Notes under the pieces: generated by a model
What the model saw: only the letters and a program-made list of their open reading frames with translations
Told to the model about the DNA's origin: nothing
Databases searched by the model: none
NCBI RefSeq assembly: GCF_018350175.1
Contig: NC_058368.1
Coordinates: 40,488,001 to 40,552,000 of the forward strand
DNA from: Felis catus
Taxonomy: Eukaryota
DNA length: 64,000 nucleotides
Reading direction: 5' to 3'
Translations under genes and position numbers: made by a program
Shown here: piece after piece, positions 26,310 to 37,965 of the stretch
How the letters are laid out: each line of letters begins with the position of its first letter
Numbering within the stretch: position 1 is the stretch's first letter

Positions 26310-27200
26310 TGCTAGTTCATTAAAAAAATTCCTCTGTGTCTAAAGTAATGTGTTATCCATCATCTGAGTTATTAATTTCAGTACTACATTTCCAGATCCT
26401 TCAATTCTTTTTTGAGATCTGCTGCTAAATTTTATAATACTTAATACCTATAAAAATGAAATTTTAAAGCATTATCTATTTTCCACTCCTTTTTATTTCT
26501 TTAAATAATATTTAAACATACTGTATTTGTATTGTATTGTTTCTGAACATGCCAGTATTAAAAACATGTATGCCATCTGATTATACTCTCTCCTGTCTTC
26601 CTTTCCTGTGAATTCTGTTTCTGATTTTTGTTTTAGAACTTATTTTATTCAAAATATTATCTGAGTTGAAGGTACATACAAAAGAAGATTCTCATTTGTT
26701 TCAGCCATGTAACTATAGATTACCAAAAACAAAATTTCAGTTTGAGGTTATTTAGACCATATTGGTAGTGGGAATTTAGGCTTCAAAAATGTAGACAGGC
26801 TGGCTTGTGGTAATGATTTTCAGAGTTTTTGTTTTTGTTTTTCCTATGATTGAGCAACACGTTTGAAACTTACAAGGTTTTTCATGCCCAGGTCATTCTA
26901 ATAATAGACCCAGTTGATTCCAGATTTATACTGAGGATTGATTCAAATGGCCCAACTTGGGTGAGCACTGGGTTTTGTCATTTTTCCCTGCACCTTGTCC
27001 ATAAGTAATAGAATCTCAGTATCACCAGGGCTGGTGCATGCCTCTGGGGCCAACATTGGTTTAAATCTTTGTTTGCCTCCTTAGATTAATACTTCACTTC
27101 ATATTTGGCCCTAAGGTTTTCTTGCTTTCTGGTTTTCTCAGTGTTTCAATAAAAAAGATTTTGCGATACATTTTACCACTACTTTTAGTTAGTTGGTGAA
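26310..27200 (-). mobile_element. Ancient L1M/HAL1-like relic
   Basis: ctgtgtctaa...catctgagttattaatttcagt resembles the antisense ORF1 region of old L1s; heavily degraded. Confidence 0.35.
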
Positions 27201-27959
27201 AGGTATACTCAGGGGACTTGATGCAAGATGGGTGCAGCAGCAATTCCTTGCACACACATGATAACTTGCAAAGAAAATCCCTGTAATTTTAAATATTACA
27301 ACTCTCCAGTTTTTATAAAAGAACTCATGAAAAATACAATTTTTAATTGAATCTGTTTCTAGGCCCTATGGAATCTCATGAAAATTAGAAAAAAATAACT
27401 AAACAATTTAGAATGTTCCAGGCTTATAGATACACATGTGCAAGATATGACCTTCTTTAAATGAGTTTTTTAAAAAGTAGCCCTTCTTTGTGGATGTGAC
27501 ATCATATAATTTCACAAGCAGACCTATTACTAAACCTTTTGGCTGGCAATCCTTGCACAGAACACAGTATATACACCTTGTACCTGTTGTTCACTCTTTG
27601 CACCATCAAGTACAATCAAAGGATACTTGTATGTACATCATAGCTAATTTGGTAAAATCTTTAGATTTCCTAAAATATGTTATAAATTGATATTTATACA
27701 AAACATAATAATTTTTAACAGTGACACCTATTTATGATAATTTTTAAACTTAGATATCCTATTTTTAAGAAGAAATGCACACTTTTAGTGAATTACTGAC
27801 CTTAACAAATAGTTCAGAGATTATCTTATGCTTAGTTACTTATATAGAAACACTGAAAACTAATTTAAGATATCATGGACATTTCAAAATATTTCATTCC
27901 CCTTAGGAAGACATGAGATAATTATACATTATATTTTTTATGGAGTTAGTATGTATTTT

Positions 27960-29541
27960 TGTTATTTTTTTTAAGTAATTAATTTATTTTTTAAATTACA
28001 TCCAAGTTAGTTAGCATATAGTGCAACAATGATTTCAGGAGTAAATTCCTTAATGCCCCTTACCCATTTAGCCCATCCCCCCTCCCACAACCCCTCCAGC
28101 AACCCTCTATCTCTTCTCTATCTTTGAGAGTCTTTTATGTTTTGTCCTCCTCCCTGTTTTTATATTATTTTTGCTTCCCTTCCCTTATGCTTATCTGTTT
28201 TGTATCTTAAATTCCTCATATGAGTTAAGTCATATGATTTTTGTCTTCCTCTGACTAATTTCACTTAGCCTAATACCCTCTAGTTCCATCCACGTAGTTG
28301 CAAATGGCAAGATTTCATTTTTTTTGATTGCTATGTAATACTCCATTGTGTGTGTATGTATATACATAACACATCTTCTTTATCCATTCATCCATTGATG
28401 GACATTTGGGCTCTTTACATGCTTTGGCTATTGTCAATAGCACTGCTATAATCATTGGGGTGCATGTGCCCCTTTGAAACAACACACATGTATCCCTTGG
28501 ATAAATACCTAGTAGTGCAATTGCTGGGTCGTAGGGTAGTTCTATTTTTAATTTTTGAGGAACCTCCATACTGTTCTCCAGAGTGGCTGCACCAGTTTGC
28601 ATTACCACCAGCAGTGCAGAGATCCTCTTTCTTTGCATCCTCACCAACATCTGTTGTTGTCTAGGTCGTAAATGTTAGCCATTCTGACTGGTGTGAGGTG
28701 GTATCTCATTGTGGTTTTGATTTGTATTTCCCTGATGATGAGTGATGTGGAGCATTTTTTCATGTGTCTCGCAGCCATCTGGATGTCTTCTTTGGAGAAG
28801 TGTCTATTCATGCCTTTTGCCCATTTCTTTACTGGATTATTTGTTTTTTGGGTGTTGAGTTTGATAAGTTCTTTATCGATTTTGGATACTTACCCTTTAT
28901 CTGATATGTCATTGGCAAATATCTTCTCCTATTCTGTCAGTTGCCTTTTAGTTTTGCTGATTGTTTCCTTCGCTGTGCAGAACTTTTTATTTTGATGAGT
29001 TCCCAGTAGTTCATTTTTGCTTTTGCTTCCCTTGCCTCCGGAGACGTGTTGAGTAAGAAGTTGCTGCGGCCAAGATCAAAGAGGTTTTTGCCTGCTTTCT
29101 CCTCTAAGATTTTGATGGCTTCTTGTCTTACATTGAGGTCTTTCATCCATTTTGAGTTTATATTTGTGTATGGTGTAAGAAAAGGTCCAGGTTCATTTTT
29201 CTGCATGTCATTGTCTAGTTCTCCCAGCACCATTTGTTGAAAAGACTGTCTTTATTCCATTGGATATTCTTTCCTGCTTTGTCAAAGATTAGTTTGCCAT
29301 ATGTTTGTAGGTTCTCTATTCTGTTCCATTGACCTGAGTGTTTTTGTGCCAGTACCATATTGTCTTGATGACTACAGCTTTGTAATACATCTTGGAAGTC
29401 CAGGATTGTGATGCCTCCAGCTTTGGTTTTCTTTTTCAAGATTTTTTTGGCTATTTGGGGTCTTTTCTGGTTCCATACATATTTTAGGATTGTTTGTTCT
29501 AGCTCTGTGAAGAATGCTGGTGTTATTTTGATAGGGATTGC
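27960..29541 (-). mobile_element. 5'-truncated LINE-1 (second carnivore subfamily)
   Basis: ORF2 motifs [43 protein letters not shown]; 3' UTR differs from the L1 at 4126; several frameshifts. Confidence 0.96.
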
Positions 29542-30359
29542 TGTGATACCTTATCGTATTATACCTATCATCATATTATATCTATTTAGTATAATTATTA
29601 TAGTGTAACATGTAACAGTTGTGTCACCTAGAGAGATTTTATAAATTCTGTGGACCTTAGATTTTCTATCCATAAAGTAAAGTTCTAATTATGCCTCATA
29701 TTGTGATTTTGAGAACTAAGTGTTAAGTATTGAATTTAAATGATCTATGATAATGTGGTACATAGAACTTAAAATTTTATTTTTCCATTTTTCATTTTTA
29801 TTTATGTTGCCACCTTTCATTACAGTGGAGGAAAAAGAAGGATTTTTAAATGTGCATTGATTCTCATACATTTCTTCAAACATGGGCTACATTTTTAGGG
29901 ACAGCATAAAATAATTTACCTTAGCCATTGGGAATTGAGCCTAGGAGCATACTATCTCCCTCCTAAGAGCTGGTCTATTTTATATGCAAAAACTATATGA
30001 CCTGGGGCCAAAATGAACTTTTTGGCATATAGCCTCTTGGATATAGCTAGTGCTGGAAAAAGCAGCAACGACAGGTTTTTGGAGTGAGAAGGTACAACAG
30101 AGTCGGTCTCCCAAGCCCATTAAAAAAAAAAAAAAGGAAGTTAATGCAAGGGAAGAATCAAGTTCTATGTTAGAAGCAAAATTGTATTGAATAGTTGAAA
30201 TTGTTAACTTTGGAAGATAGGATTAACTAAGTTCGTTCTTACTGATCTTTGAGTTGTAAGCGTTGCTGAGGATTAAAAGCTTCTGTCATTTTATATGAAA
30301 TTAACTCAAGAGACGTATGAAAATTCTTTAGTCTTTTTAAAAGAGCTACAAGTGTTTTT

Positions 30360-30464
30360 GAGATGCCTAGGTCGTGATCTTGCATTTGTGGGACTGAGCC
30401 CCATGACAGGCTCTGAGTGCGAAGCCTGCTTAAGATACACTCTTTCTCTGTCTGCCCCTTGCCT

Positions 30465-30511
<47 letters not shown>

Positions 30512-30545
30512 AAAAATAAATAAATAAATAAGTTTTAAAAAATTA
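30360..30545 (+). mobile_element. Can-SINE with deleted head segment
   Basis: gatgcctag joins directly to gtcgtgatct; (CT)n and aataaa tail. Confidence 0.8.
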
Positions 30546-30712
30546 TTTAAAAATACGTTTTTATAGTTTCTCTAGACTTGATTTTAGAAAATTAATGTGC
30601 ATATGTGTTAAGTGTAAATATAAATTCTTTGATTCTCAGTACTAGGAAAATGTTTATTTTACTAGACAGAAAAATAATTCTGATTATTGATTGATTGAAT
30701 CAAAATAATTCA

Positions 30713-30919
30713 TTTTTTTAAGTTTGTTTATTTGGAAAGAGAGGGAGAGCATGAGTGAGGGAGGGGCAGAGAGAGAGAGAGAGAGGGAGAGAGAAAATTC
30801 CAAGTAGGCTCTGTGCTGACTGCACAGAGATGTGGAGCTCTATCCCACCAGCCATGAGATCATGACCTGACCCAAAACCAAGAGTTGGCCACTTATCCAA
30901 CTGAACTACCAGGCACCCC
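30713..30919 (-). mobile_element. Can-SINE
   Basis: Core gagatcatgacctga, head ...ccaggcacccc. Confidence 0.9.
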
Positions 30920-31171
30920 AACATTTGCTAATTCTTTACTATAACATTTATGATGTTGCTTCATATGTTATTCTAATTTATAACTGATTGGTTGTGACTG
31001 AATATAATCCTTAGAGTTTTGATCCAGTAATCTAATTGTAAACAAATGTTAGAAGTAAATTTCAGGAAAATCTAAAAATAATTTTACACTGGTGGGAAAA
31101 AAAAGTTAAACATTTTTTCATGGGGACTGCAGGAGGAACAGCCTTGCCAGTGAAAAACTATATATATACAT

Positions 31172-31174
<3 letters not shown>

Positions 31175-31208
<34 letters not shown>
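31175..31208. repeat. (CA)n microsatellite
   Basis: Direct reading. Confidence 0.9.
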
Positions 31209-31209
<1 letters not shown>

Positions 31210-31697
31210 TCAACTTTATTAATAAAATAACACATGTAACTTTAATAGCAATGTGAAATACATACATAATTTAACTTTAGTAGTAATAGATTCAATATTC
31301 AACAATATTTAATGATGATTATTGTTCAAACCTTCACCATATTTTACTGTAAAGAAACTATACAATTTACCTCTCCTTTCCACTCTTGCTTCAGATTTAG
31401 ACTGTTACCAATTTCCCCAAAGGAGATATTGCTGGAATTGTTGTTTTATATATTTCTTCTCTTTTCTCCTTTTTCCTTTCCTTCCTTCCTTTTATTTTTG
31501 TATTTTAGTAATTTGCCTCAAGTTAAATTCATAAACATATTATTTAAGTGCTGGGAAATACTAATAGTAGTCATTATCTTTCTTAGGTAATCATTGTATT
31601 GTTTAACATAAGATATCTTAAAGGAATATAAAACCTTATATGACAATTGGGCTTACAGGACCATGGAGTCAGGTAATGTAGTACTATCCAACATCTT

Positions 31698-31729
31698 TTC
31701 CTTTTTTTTTAAGTTTATTTATTTTTGAA

Positions 31730-31762
<33 letters not shown>

Positions 31763-31938
31763 TAGAGTTGAGTGGGGGAGGAGAAGAGAGAGAGGGAGAC
31801 AGAATCTGAAGCAGGCTCCAGGCTCTGAGCTGTCAGCACAGAGCCCATTGCTCCTCTTGAAGCCATGAGCTGAACCGTGAGATCATGACCTGAGCTGAAG
31901 TTGGATGCTCACAACTGACTGAGCCACCCAGGTGCCCC
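31698..31938 (-). mobile_element. Felid Can-SINE
   Basis: TSD agta(c/a)tatccaacatctt (31680-31697 / 31939-31956). Confidence 0.93.
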
Positions 31939-32331
31939 AGTAATATCCAACATCTTGATGTCATCTAAATTTATTACAAACCAGGTGATACCCTACCATT
32001 TTAAGATAACAGATACCTTACCAGATATAACAAACAATCCCTCGTACCACTGACCTAATCATAATTTTGATTACAAATAGATATTTATATCATTTTATAT
32101 ACAGCCTAAGGTATAATATTTCTAGGAAAGAAATGATATTGCCTAGAATTCAAGAAAGTGAATATTTGTATATTAAGCCTGTTGTTAATCATAATACATT
32201 GTTAGGCACTATGGACTTTACAGATATTTAATGGTTAATATTTTTAGAAAACTTGTTTTGTGTACTTAGAACTTCCTCCCAAAGGCTTTTAGCTTTTCAA
32301 AAATGGTTTCAGATTTAGAATACATATCTTT

Positions 32332-32519
32332 GGGGGCACTTGGGTGACTCAGTGGGTTGAGTGGCCGACTTCAGCTCAGGTCATGATCTCATGGTTCATG
32401 GGTTCCAGCCCTGCGTTGGATTCTGTGCTGACAGCTTGGAGCCTGGAGCTTGCTTTCGATTCTGTGTCTCCCTCTCTCTGCCCTCCCCCACTCAAAAATA
32501 AATAAAACATTAAAAAAAA
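32332..32519 (+). mobile_element. Felid Can-SINE
   Basis: TSD ttagaatacatatct (32315-32329 / 32520-32534). Confidence 0.93.
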
Positions 32520-34132
32520 TTAGAATACATATCTGTGTCTAACGTAGGGGGCCTTACCTTTACAATCTTCATTGTGTAACAAATTATTAATTTTGTCAAC
32601 TCATCCTCATTAGTCTTTATGTGTTGAGATACTTGAAAAAGTTAATAAGCAGTTTTCTAAATCTGCTCCACTGTTTTCTGTACCACAGCTAATCATCACA
32701 TTTCACCATAATTTGTGGTTATGATATGGTTATTTCATCATAAGTTGTCAGGTCTCAGATATAATTATTGTTAAATTTCATAATTTTAATATGTTAAAAA
32801 TTAAATCCATTCAGGTTTAAATAATGAATGCATTTACAGGTTATAGTTTACCTTCTAGGAATATCCTTCCATAATCTTTGCTTTTTCAGTTACAGGGATT
32901 AACTTCTGCTTTGCAGAAGATAATAATTAAATAATGGTATAAAATAAAGAGTGCTCTAAGGTCTGATTGAAAACATTTAAATCCATGCCTGTCCCCCTGC
33001 TCCACCCTCCCCCAGTCCCCATCCAACCAATATGTAGTGTCTTCTTTAAGATAAAGGGATCAAGTGGTCCCAGATTCTTTCCTCCCATTCTAAAATTGAA
33101 TATTGCACAATAAATATACTATTATTTTTACAAAAGTATAATATATAAAATATAGTATTTATTTTTTAAGTACATGAAAGGTGATAACATTACATAATTT
33201 TTAAAGTTAGGTATTTTTAGGCCCAAAGTTTATGGTGGTGTCAATGTCTGCCGAGTTGTAATCCAACACTCTTTTGATTAGATCGCACTACTCTGTGCAT
33301 ACTGAATTCTGCAAATGAAGATTCAGTTTGCAGATCTGAATGCATACAAGTAACCTTTTCTATCACAGCAGCATTTTACCTTCATATACATTTTACTGGA
33401 ATCTCTATTTTCTTTTAAGAAAATAATGTAAAATGTGATGACTTCTCTCAAAGTTATAAATTCTTGACTAATTTGTTCGGACAACATGGCACCACTGGAT
33501 AGTGGGATATTGATCATTATCTAGCTTTTATTGAATTCTAGCTATAAGCAAGATGCTTAATAGTGTGTTATTATATCTCTAAAGGAAACAGTTCTCTAAA
33601 TTAGAACACGTTAATATAGTTAAGCCTTTAAATTCTCTTGATAATCAAAAATAATTTTGATTAAGTATCTACTTGTGCCTGTTTTCTTGTTCTTTTAATG
33701 AGGTAAAATCAAATTTCAAATGTTTTTTCCTAACAATATGTTTAATATATTTAATATATATAGTATACATCATATATACGTATATATACTTTTTAAAGTA
33801 CCACGTATCTTTGATAATACTTGTTACTCATTTAATTTTATAAATATTTTGCAACTCATATGTTTTTATACTTTGCACTGCATGTGATCACTGCACAAAA
33901 TAATTTTCAAAAACAAAACACTTTTTCAAAGAGAAGGTAATGTAAAGGCTTTGTATCAATATGGATTAATATAAATATTTGAGACCTGCTTTATTAAGAT
34001 GAATTTCTATGCAAATTCTTACAAGAGTAGACTCTCTTTGCAGCTGTAAAAATGAATACATAAAGAAATGACAAGACAGACAGCCTGTCACAGCAGCAGC
34101 TGCTACAGTCTATACAAGAGATGTGAAAGAGA

Positions 34133-34178
34133 ATGAACAGCCTGTCTGTTTTCTTGCTGCTCTGTGTAGAATGCGCTG
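34133..34178 (+). CDS. Candidate signal-peptide-like first coding exon (MNSLSVFLLLCVECA + phase-1 donor)
   Basis: ATG with A at -3, hydrophobic core, CTG|GTAAGG donor, unique sequence with CpGs retained nearby; no downstream exon found. Confidence 0.25.
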
Positions 34179-34570
34179 GTAAGGGGATCATGGCCTTAGG
34201 CTTGTCTGCACGTATGCCGCGTAATTGGAAAGTGAAATATGTGAATTTTCCTAAGTTAACAAAGAATTCCAAATGATAGCCTTATTGTTGAACATGCATA
34301 TTTGCTCCTTAATTTATCTTTGAAGATTATTTGGTTTAATTGATTTTATCTATAAAAATCCCCCATTGATATAATTTGAATATTAATTGAATAAAATTTT
34401 ATAAATGAGTCAATTCATAACAAACTCCTGCATATTTACTCTTTCCAGAGCTTCCTAGTTTCCTTACAACATTTAAAAGTATCAAGCATAAGTTGTGTTT
34501 TTAAAACACATCAAATTGTGTTGAAAGTCTTTAGTTACACATATTCATTGATTCAAACCAAAATGAATTA

Positions 34571-34797
34571 GGGGCACCTGGGTGGCTCAGTCGGTTAAAT
34601 GTCTGACTTCAGCTCAGGTCATGATCTCACGGTTCATGAGTTTGAGCCCCACTTAGGGCTCTGTGCTGACAGCTCAGAGCCTGGAGCCTGCTTCAGATTC
34701 TGTGTCTCCCTTTCTGTCTGCCCCTCCCCTGCTGACACTCTGTCTCTCTTTCTCACTTTCTCTCTCAAAAATAAATAAACATTAAAAAAAATAATAA
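34571..34797 (+). mobile_element. Felid Can-SINE
   Basis: Near-consensus SINEC_Fc-type body; TSD aaaa(t/g)gaatta. Confidence 0.95.
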
Positions 34798-34811
34798 AAG
34801 GAATTAACATC

Positions 34812-35023
34812 AGGGCATCTGGGTGGCTTAGTTAGTTGAGAGTCCAACTCTTGATTTAGGCTCAGGTCATGATCTCAGTTTTGTGAGTTCAAGCCCTGCG
34901 TCAGGCTTTGCACTGACAGTGTGGGGCCTGCTTGAGATTCTTCCTTTCTCTCTCTCTGCCTCTTCCCCACTTTCACTCTCTCTTTCTCTTTCAAAATAAA
35001 TAAATGAACAAAAAAGTTTTAAA
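34812..35023 (+). mobile_element. Can-SINE (older-looking type), head-to-tail with the previous SINE
   Basis: Head agggcatctgggtggcttag, actcttgattt segment, poly-A. Confidence 0.92.
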
Positions 35024-35421
35024 ATATGAATTACTATCTCTGTTACATATAATACATGGAGCAAGGATGTCTAGGAATTATATTAGGGAATTAATAATAA
35101 TTAAATCTGGAATTCAGGCTGGTTAGAGAGGTAGGAGAGAAAGAAAACGTTGTTAGATCAACAGACTATAGGTAAAGAGCAAGGATTATTGAGATTGTTT
35201 CTAGAATGTGTGAGCTTGAAAGATAGGAGGTAGTGGCTTTAGAATGAGATACTTTAAATCTATTTTATATGTGAAGTCAAATTACTGTGCTTGTAATGAC
35301 AATGCCTTATGTAGGCCCATGGGGAAGATGAGTGGCTAAAGTGGTGTGAAAACAAGCTTATTACAAAGGAACTTATGGACAACGTGAATAAAATAACAGG
35401 CAATGTGTACAGGAATGATGT

Positions 35422-35725
35422 TGTAGTAGAGTCCCCTCCCTAAAGAGAAAAACAAAAAACAAAAAACTTAAGGCAACCTGGCTATACACGAACATGACAA
35501 CATTCCTCTAAGCCTTGTAATATGAGACCACTTAATCAGACTGCGTTTGTGTGTTACCATATATGGGAGACAAAGAAATAAAAATTGTATAAAAATCTAT
35601 GCCGCATGGCGTTTGGGGCTCCGTTCTTCCTTAGGAACCCAAGTGAGCAGCGCCAGCACGAGTAAAGTTCTTCCTAGAAAGAAAAGCCTTGGTGTCATGA
35701 CTCTCTGTGTGAGAATCCTGCTACA
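35422..35725 (+). mobile_element. Short solo ERV LTR (~304 bp)
   Basis: Inverted termini TGTAG...CTACA, near 4-bp TSD atgt/ttgt, TATAAAAA at ~35588, AGTAAA at 35661, CpGs retained. Confidence 0.75.
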
Positions 35726-36147
35726 TTGTGTGTTACAGAAAGTGAAAATGATCCTAGAGCTAAAACCTTCAAAAGATAAAGTAGGACTGAGATCTGTTGA
35801 TTACTGCAAAACGGAGGGAAAGTGGTAGGACAAGACTAATTATGTGTTAGGTTGGTAGGGAAGACAAGAAGAGAATGGTCTAAGATAAAAACTACAGTCC
35901 TACTGGTGTAAAGTGTTATGGAAACAAAAGAGGCCACCACATAAAGTAATTAATGGAAAGCAGTATCTTCTAAAAAGATCCGCTCTTTAGGACAGGAAAG
36001 TAAAGGGAATATTGAGAGAAGAACTTCAGGAAGGAGAAAGTTTTTCAGTGACTGAACAGGAATTCTAGTGTACAGTTTTGTAGCTAATAGTAGGTAAGCT
36101 CAGTAGTTATGGAGAGGGGAAAGTGGGATTAGAAAAGGAAGTCTATT

Positions 36148-36347
36148 GGGGCGCCTGGGTGGCTCAGTCGGTTGAGCTTCCAACTTCGGCTCAGGTCATG
36201 ATCTCTCAGTTCGTGAGTTTGAGCCCTGTGTCAGGCTCTGTGCTGAGAGCTCAGAGCCTGGAGCCTGCTTCAGATTCTGTGCCTACCCTTGTCTCTGCCC
36301 CTTCCCCACTCATGCTCTGTCTCTCTCTGTCTCTCAAAAATGTTTTT
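36148..36347 (+). mobile_element. Felid Can-SINE
   Basis: TSD ttagaaaaggaagtct (36129-36144 / 36348-36363). Confidence 0.95.
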
Positions 36348-36741
36348 TTAGAAAAGGAAGTCTGGAAACTTTTATAGGAATTAGAACTGGGGGATAGGAA
36401 AGGAGCCCTAAAATTAAGTTTTAAACATGATTTATAATAAGAGATTACTACTAGTGTCCACAGTGCAGATCATACAGGGAAATTTGTTAGTGCAAGGTGG
36501 GGGGAGAGGAGTGGTGGTCATTCAAGGTGGGGAAATTATGAGGCTCAGAAAACACTCATATTGGTTATTGTGGAGTCTAGCTAACTAGTAGTTGACTCTT
36601 AGCTTGTTCTCCATTTGAAGTAGTTTCTATCTCCCTTGATTCAGTCAAAGAAAGCATAGAAGCCAAGAGAGGACTTACCTTACTTCAAGCTTGTGGGATT
36701 CTCACGTGAACCCTGACAGTGGAGGCCAACAGACAAGGTAT

Positions 36742-37965
36742 TAGGTGCTGGCTACATAATTCACAGGGCTCAGTGCAAAATGAAGATGTTGGACCCCTTG
36801 TTCAAAAAGTAGGAAAAAATACTGTTAAAAGTACTACAATTTGAAGTGCTTTACTTTTTTTTTCTTTTTTTTTTTTTATGTCTCTCACAACTGGTTCGTT
36901 TGTTGTTTAATAATCTAATTAAACAGGGGTGTCTGGATGGCTCAGTTGGTTAAGTGTCCAATTTCAGCTCAGGTCATGGTCTCATGGTTCCTGAGTTTGA
37001 GCCCCATGTGGGGCTCTGTGCTGATAGAGCCTTAATCCTGCTTCAGATTCTGTGTGTGTCTCTCTCTGGTGTCCCCCTGCTTACATTCTGTCTCTCTCAA
37101 AAATAAGTAAAAATTTAAAAAAATTGAAAAAAATAATCTGAGGAAAAAATAAAATTTTTAATATTTCAGCATAAATTTTACCATTTATCTTTATGATGTA
37201 TAATTCTGGTTTAAAATTCCAATGAAAGACTATGTAAATTATATATGAAATTACACAATTTGTTTTTTTATATTGCATACATGGTTTTGTATTTTGTTCT
37301 TAACAGATGGCGGAACTGTAAAACTATCTCAGTGGATTTTTTTCTTTTTGACTTGTGCACGTAATACCAACACTCTCTACATGTTGCTTACTGATGATAA
37401 GGACTGAAAGGAAAAGGAAATATGGGTTGCCTTATATTTCCTTTTCCTTCTGGGTCATAATTTTCTATATAAGTGGTTGGATAATACAAGGAGTAATAAA
37501 ATAAATAAATGATATGATAGGGTTTTTTGAGTGTTTATGTTTTATAGAACACGAATGACATTTTATTTCTGCATTTGAAGCAAGTGCAAAACTGAAAGTT
37601 GCATCCTCTTAAAGCTGTCATTGCCTGAATTTAATCAATAGTCAATTTTAACAAGCTTCCTTTGCACTTGCTTTGAGTCTCATTGAACCTAGATGCATCA
37701 TGAGTGTTCTGTAATTCTATGTCCTTGGGACATTGTACGTGCTCTGTTTGAATAGGGCAGCCGAAAACAGCAACAGACACATAATGCGTGTATCTTCTGT
37801 CTTGTCACACATGCTCCATTGTCTCATTGGACATGCAGCACAGAAGTGCAAAGATAAAATTATTAAGAATTCCAAGAAGACAGCAGAACATTAGACGAGC
37901 AGTATCTTTCAGAGCATAAATCCCTGTACCCCTGCACAGGTCTGATGCTCATGAAGCCAGCCCTG
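36742..37965 (-). mobile_element. MER45-like hAT-Tip100 element with internal SINE
   Basis: Termini taggtgctggctacataattcacagggctcagtgcaaaatg and catgaagccagccctg match recalled MER45 ends; ~1 kb without the SINE. Confidence 0.75.
36926..37132 (+). mobile_element. Can-SINE inside the MER45-like element
   Basis: ggggtgtctggatggctcag head; aataatct on both flanks. Confidence 0.9.

Noticed and set aside
34009..34400. Immunoglobulin V gene (octamer plus 46-nt leader)
   Set aside because: No V exon, conserved Cys/Trp or RSS follows the donor.
34571..34660. tRNA-like A/B-box sequence
   Set aside because: tRNA-derived SINE head, not a tRNA gene; applies to all SINE heads in the window.
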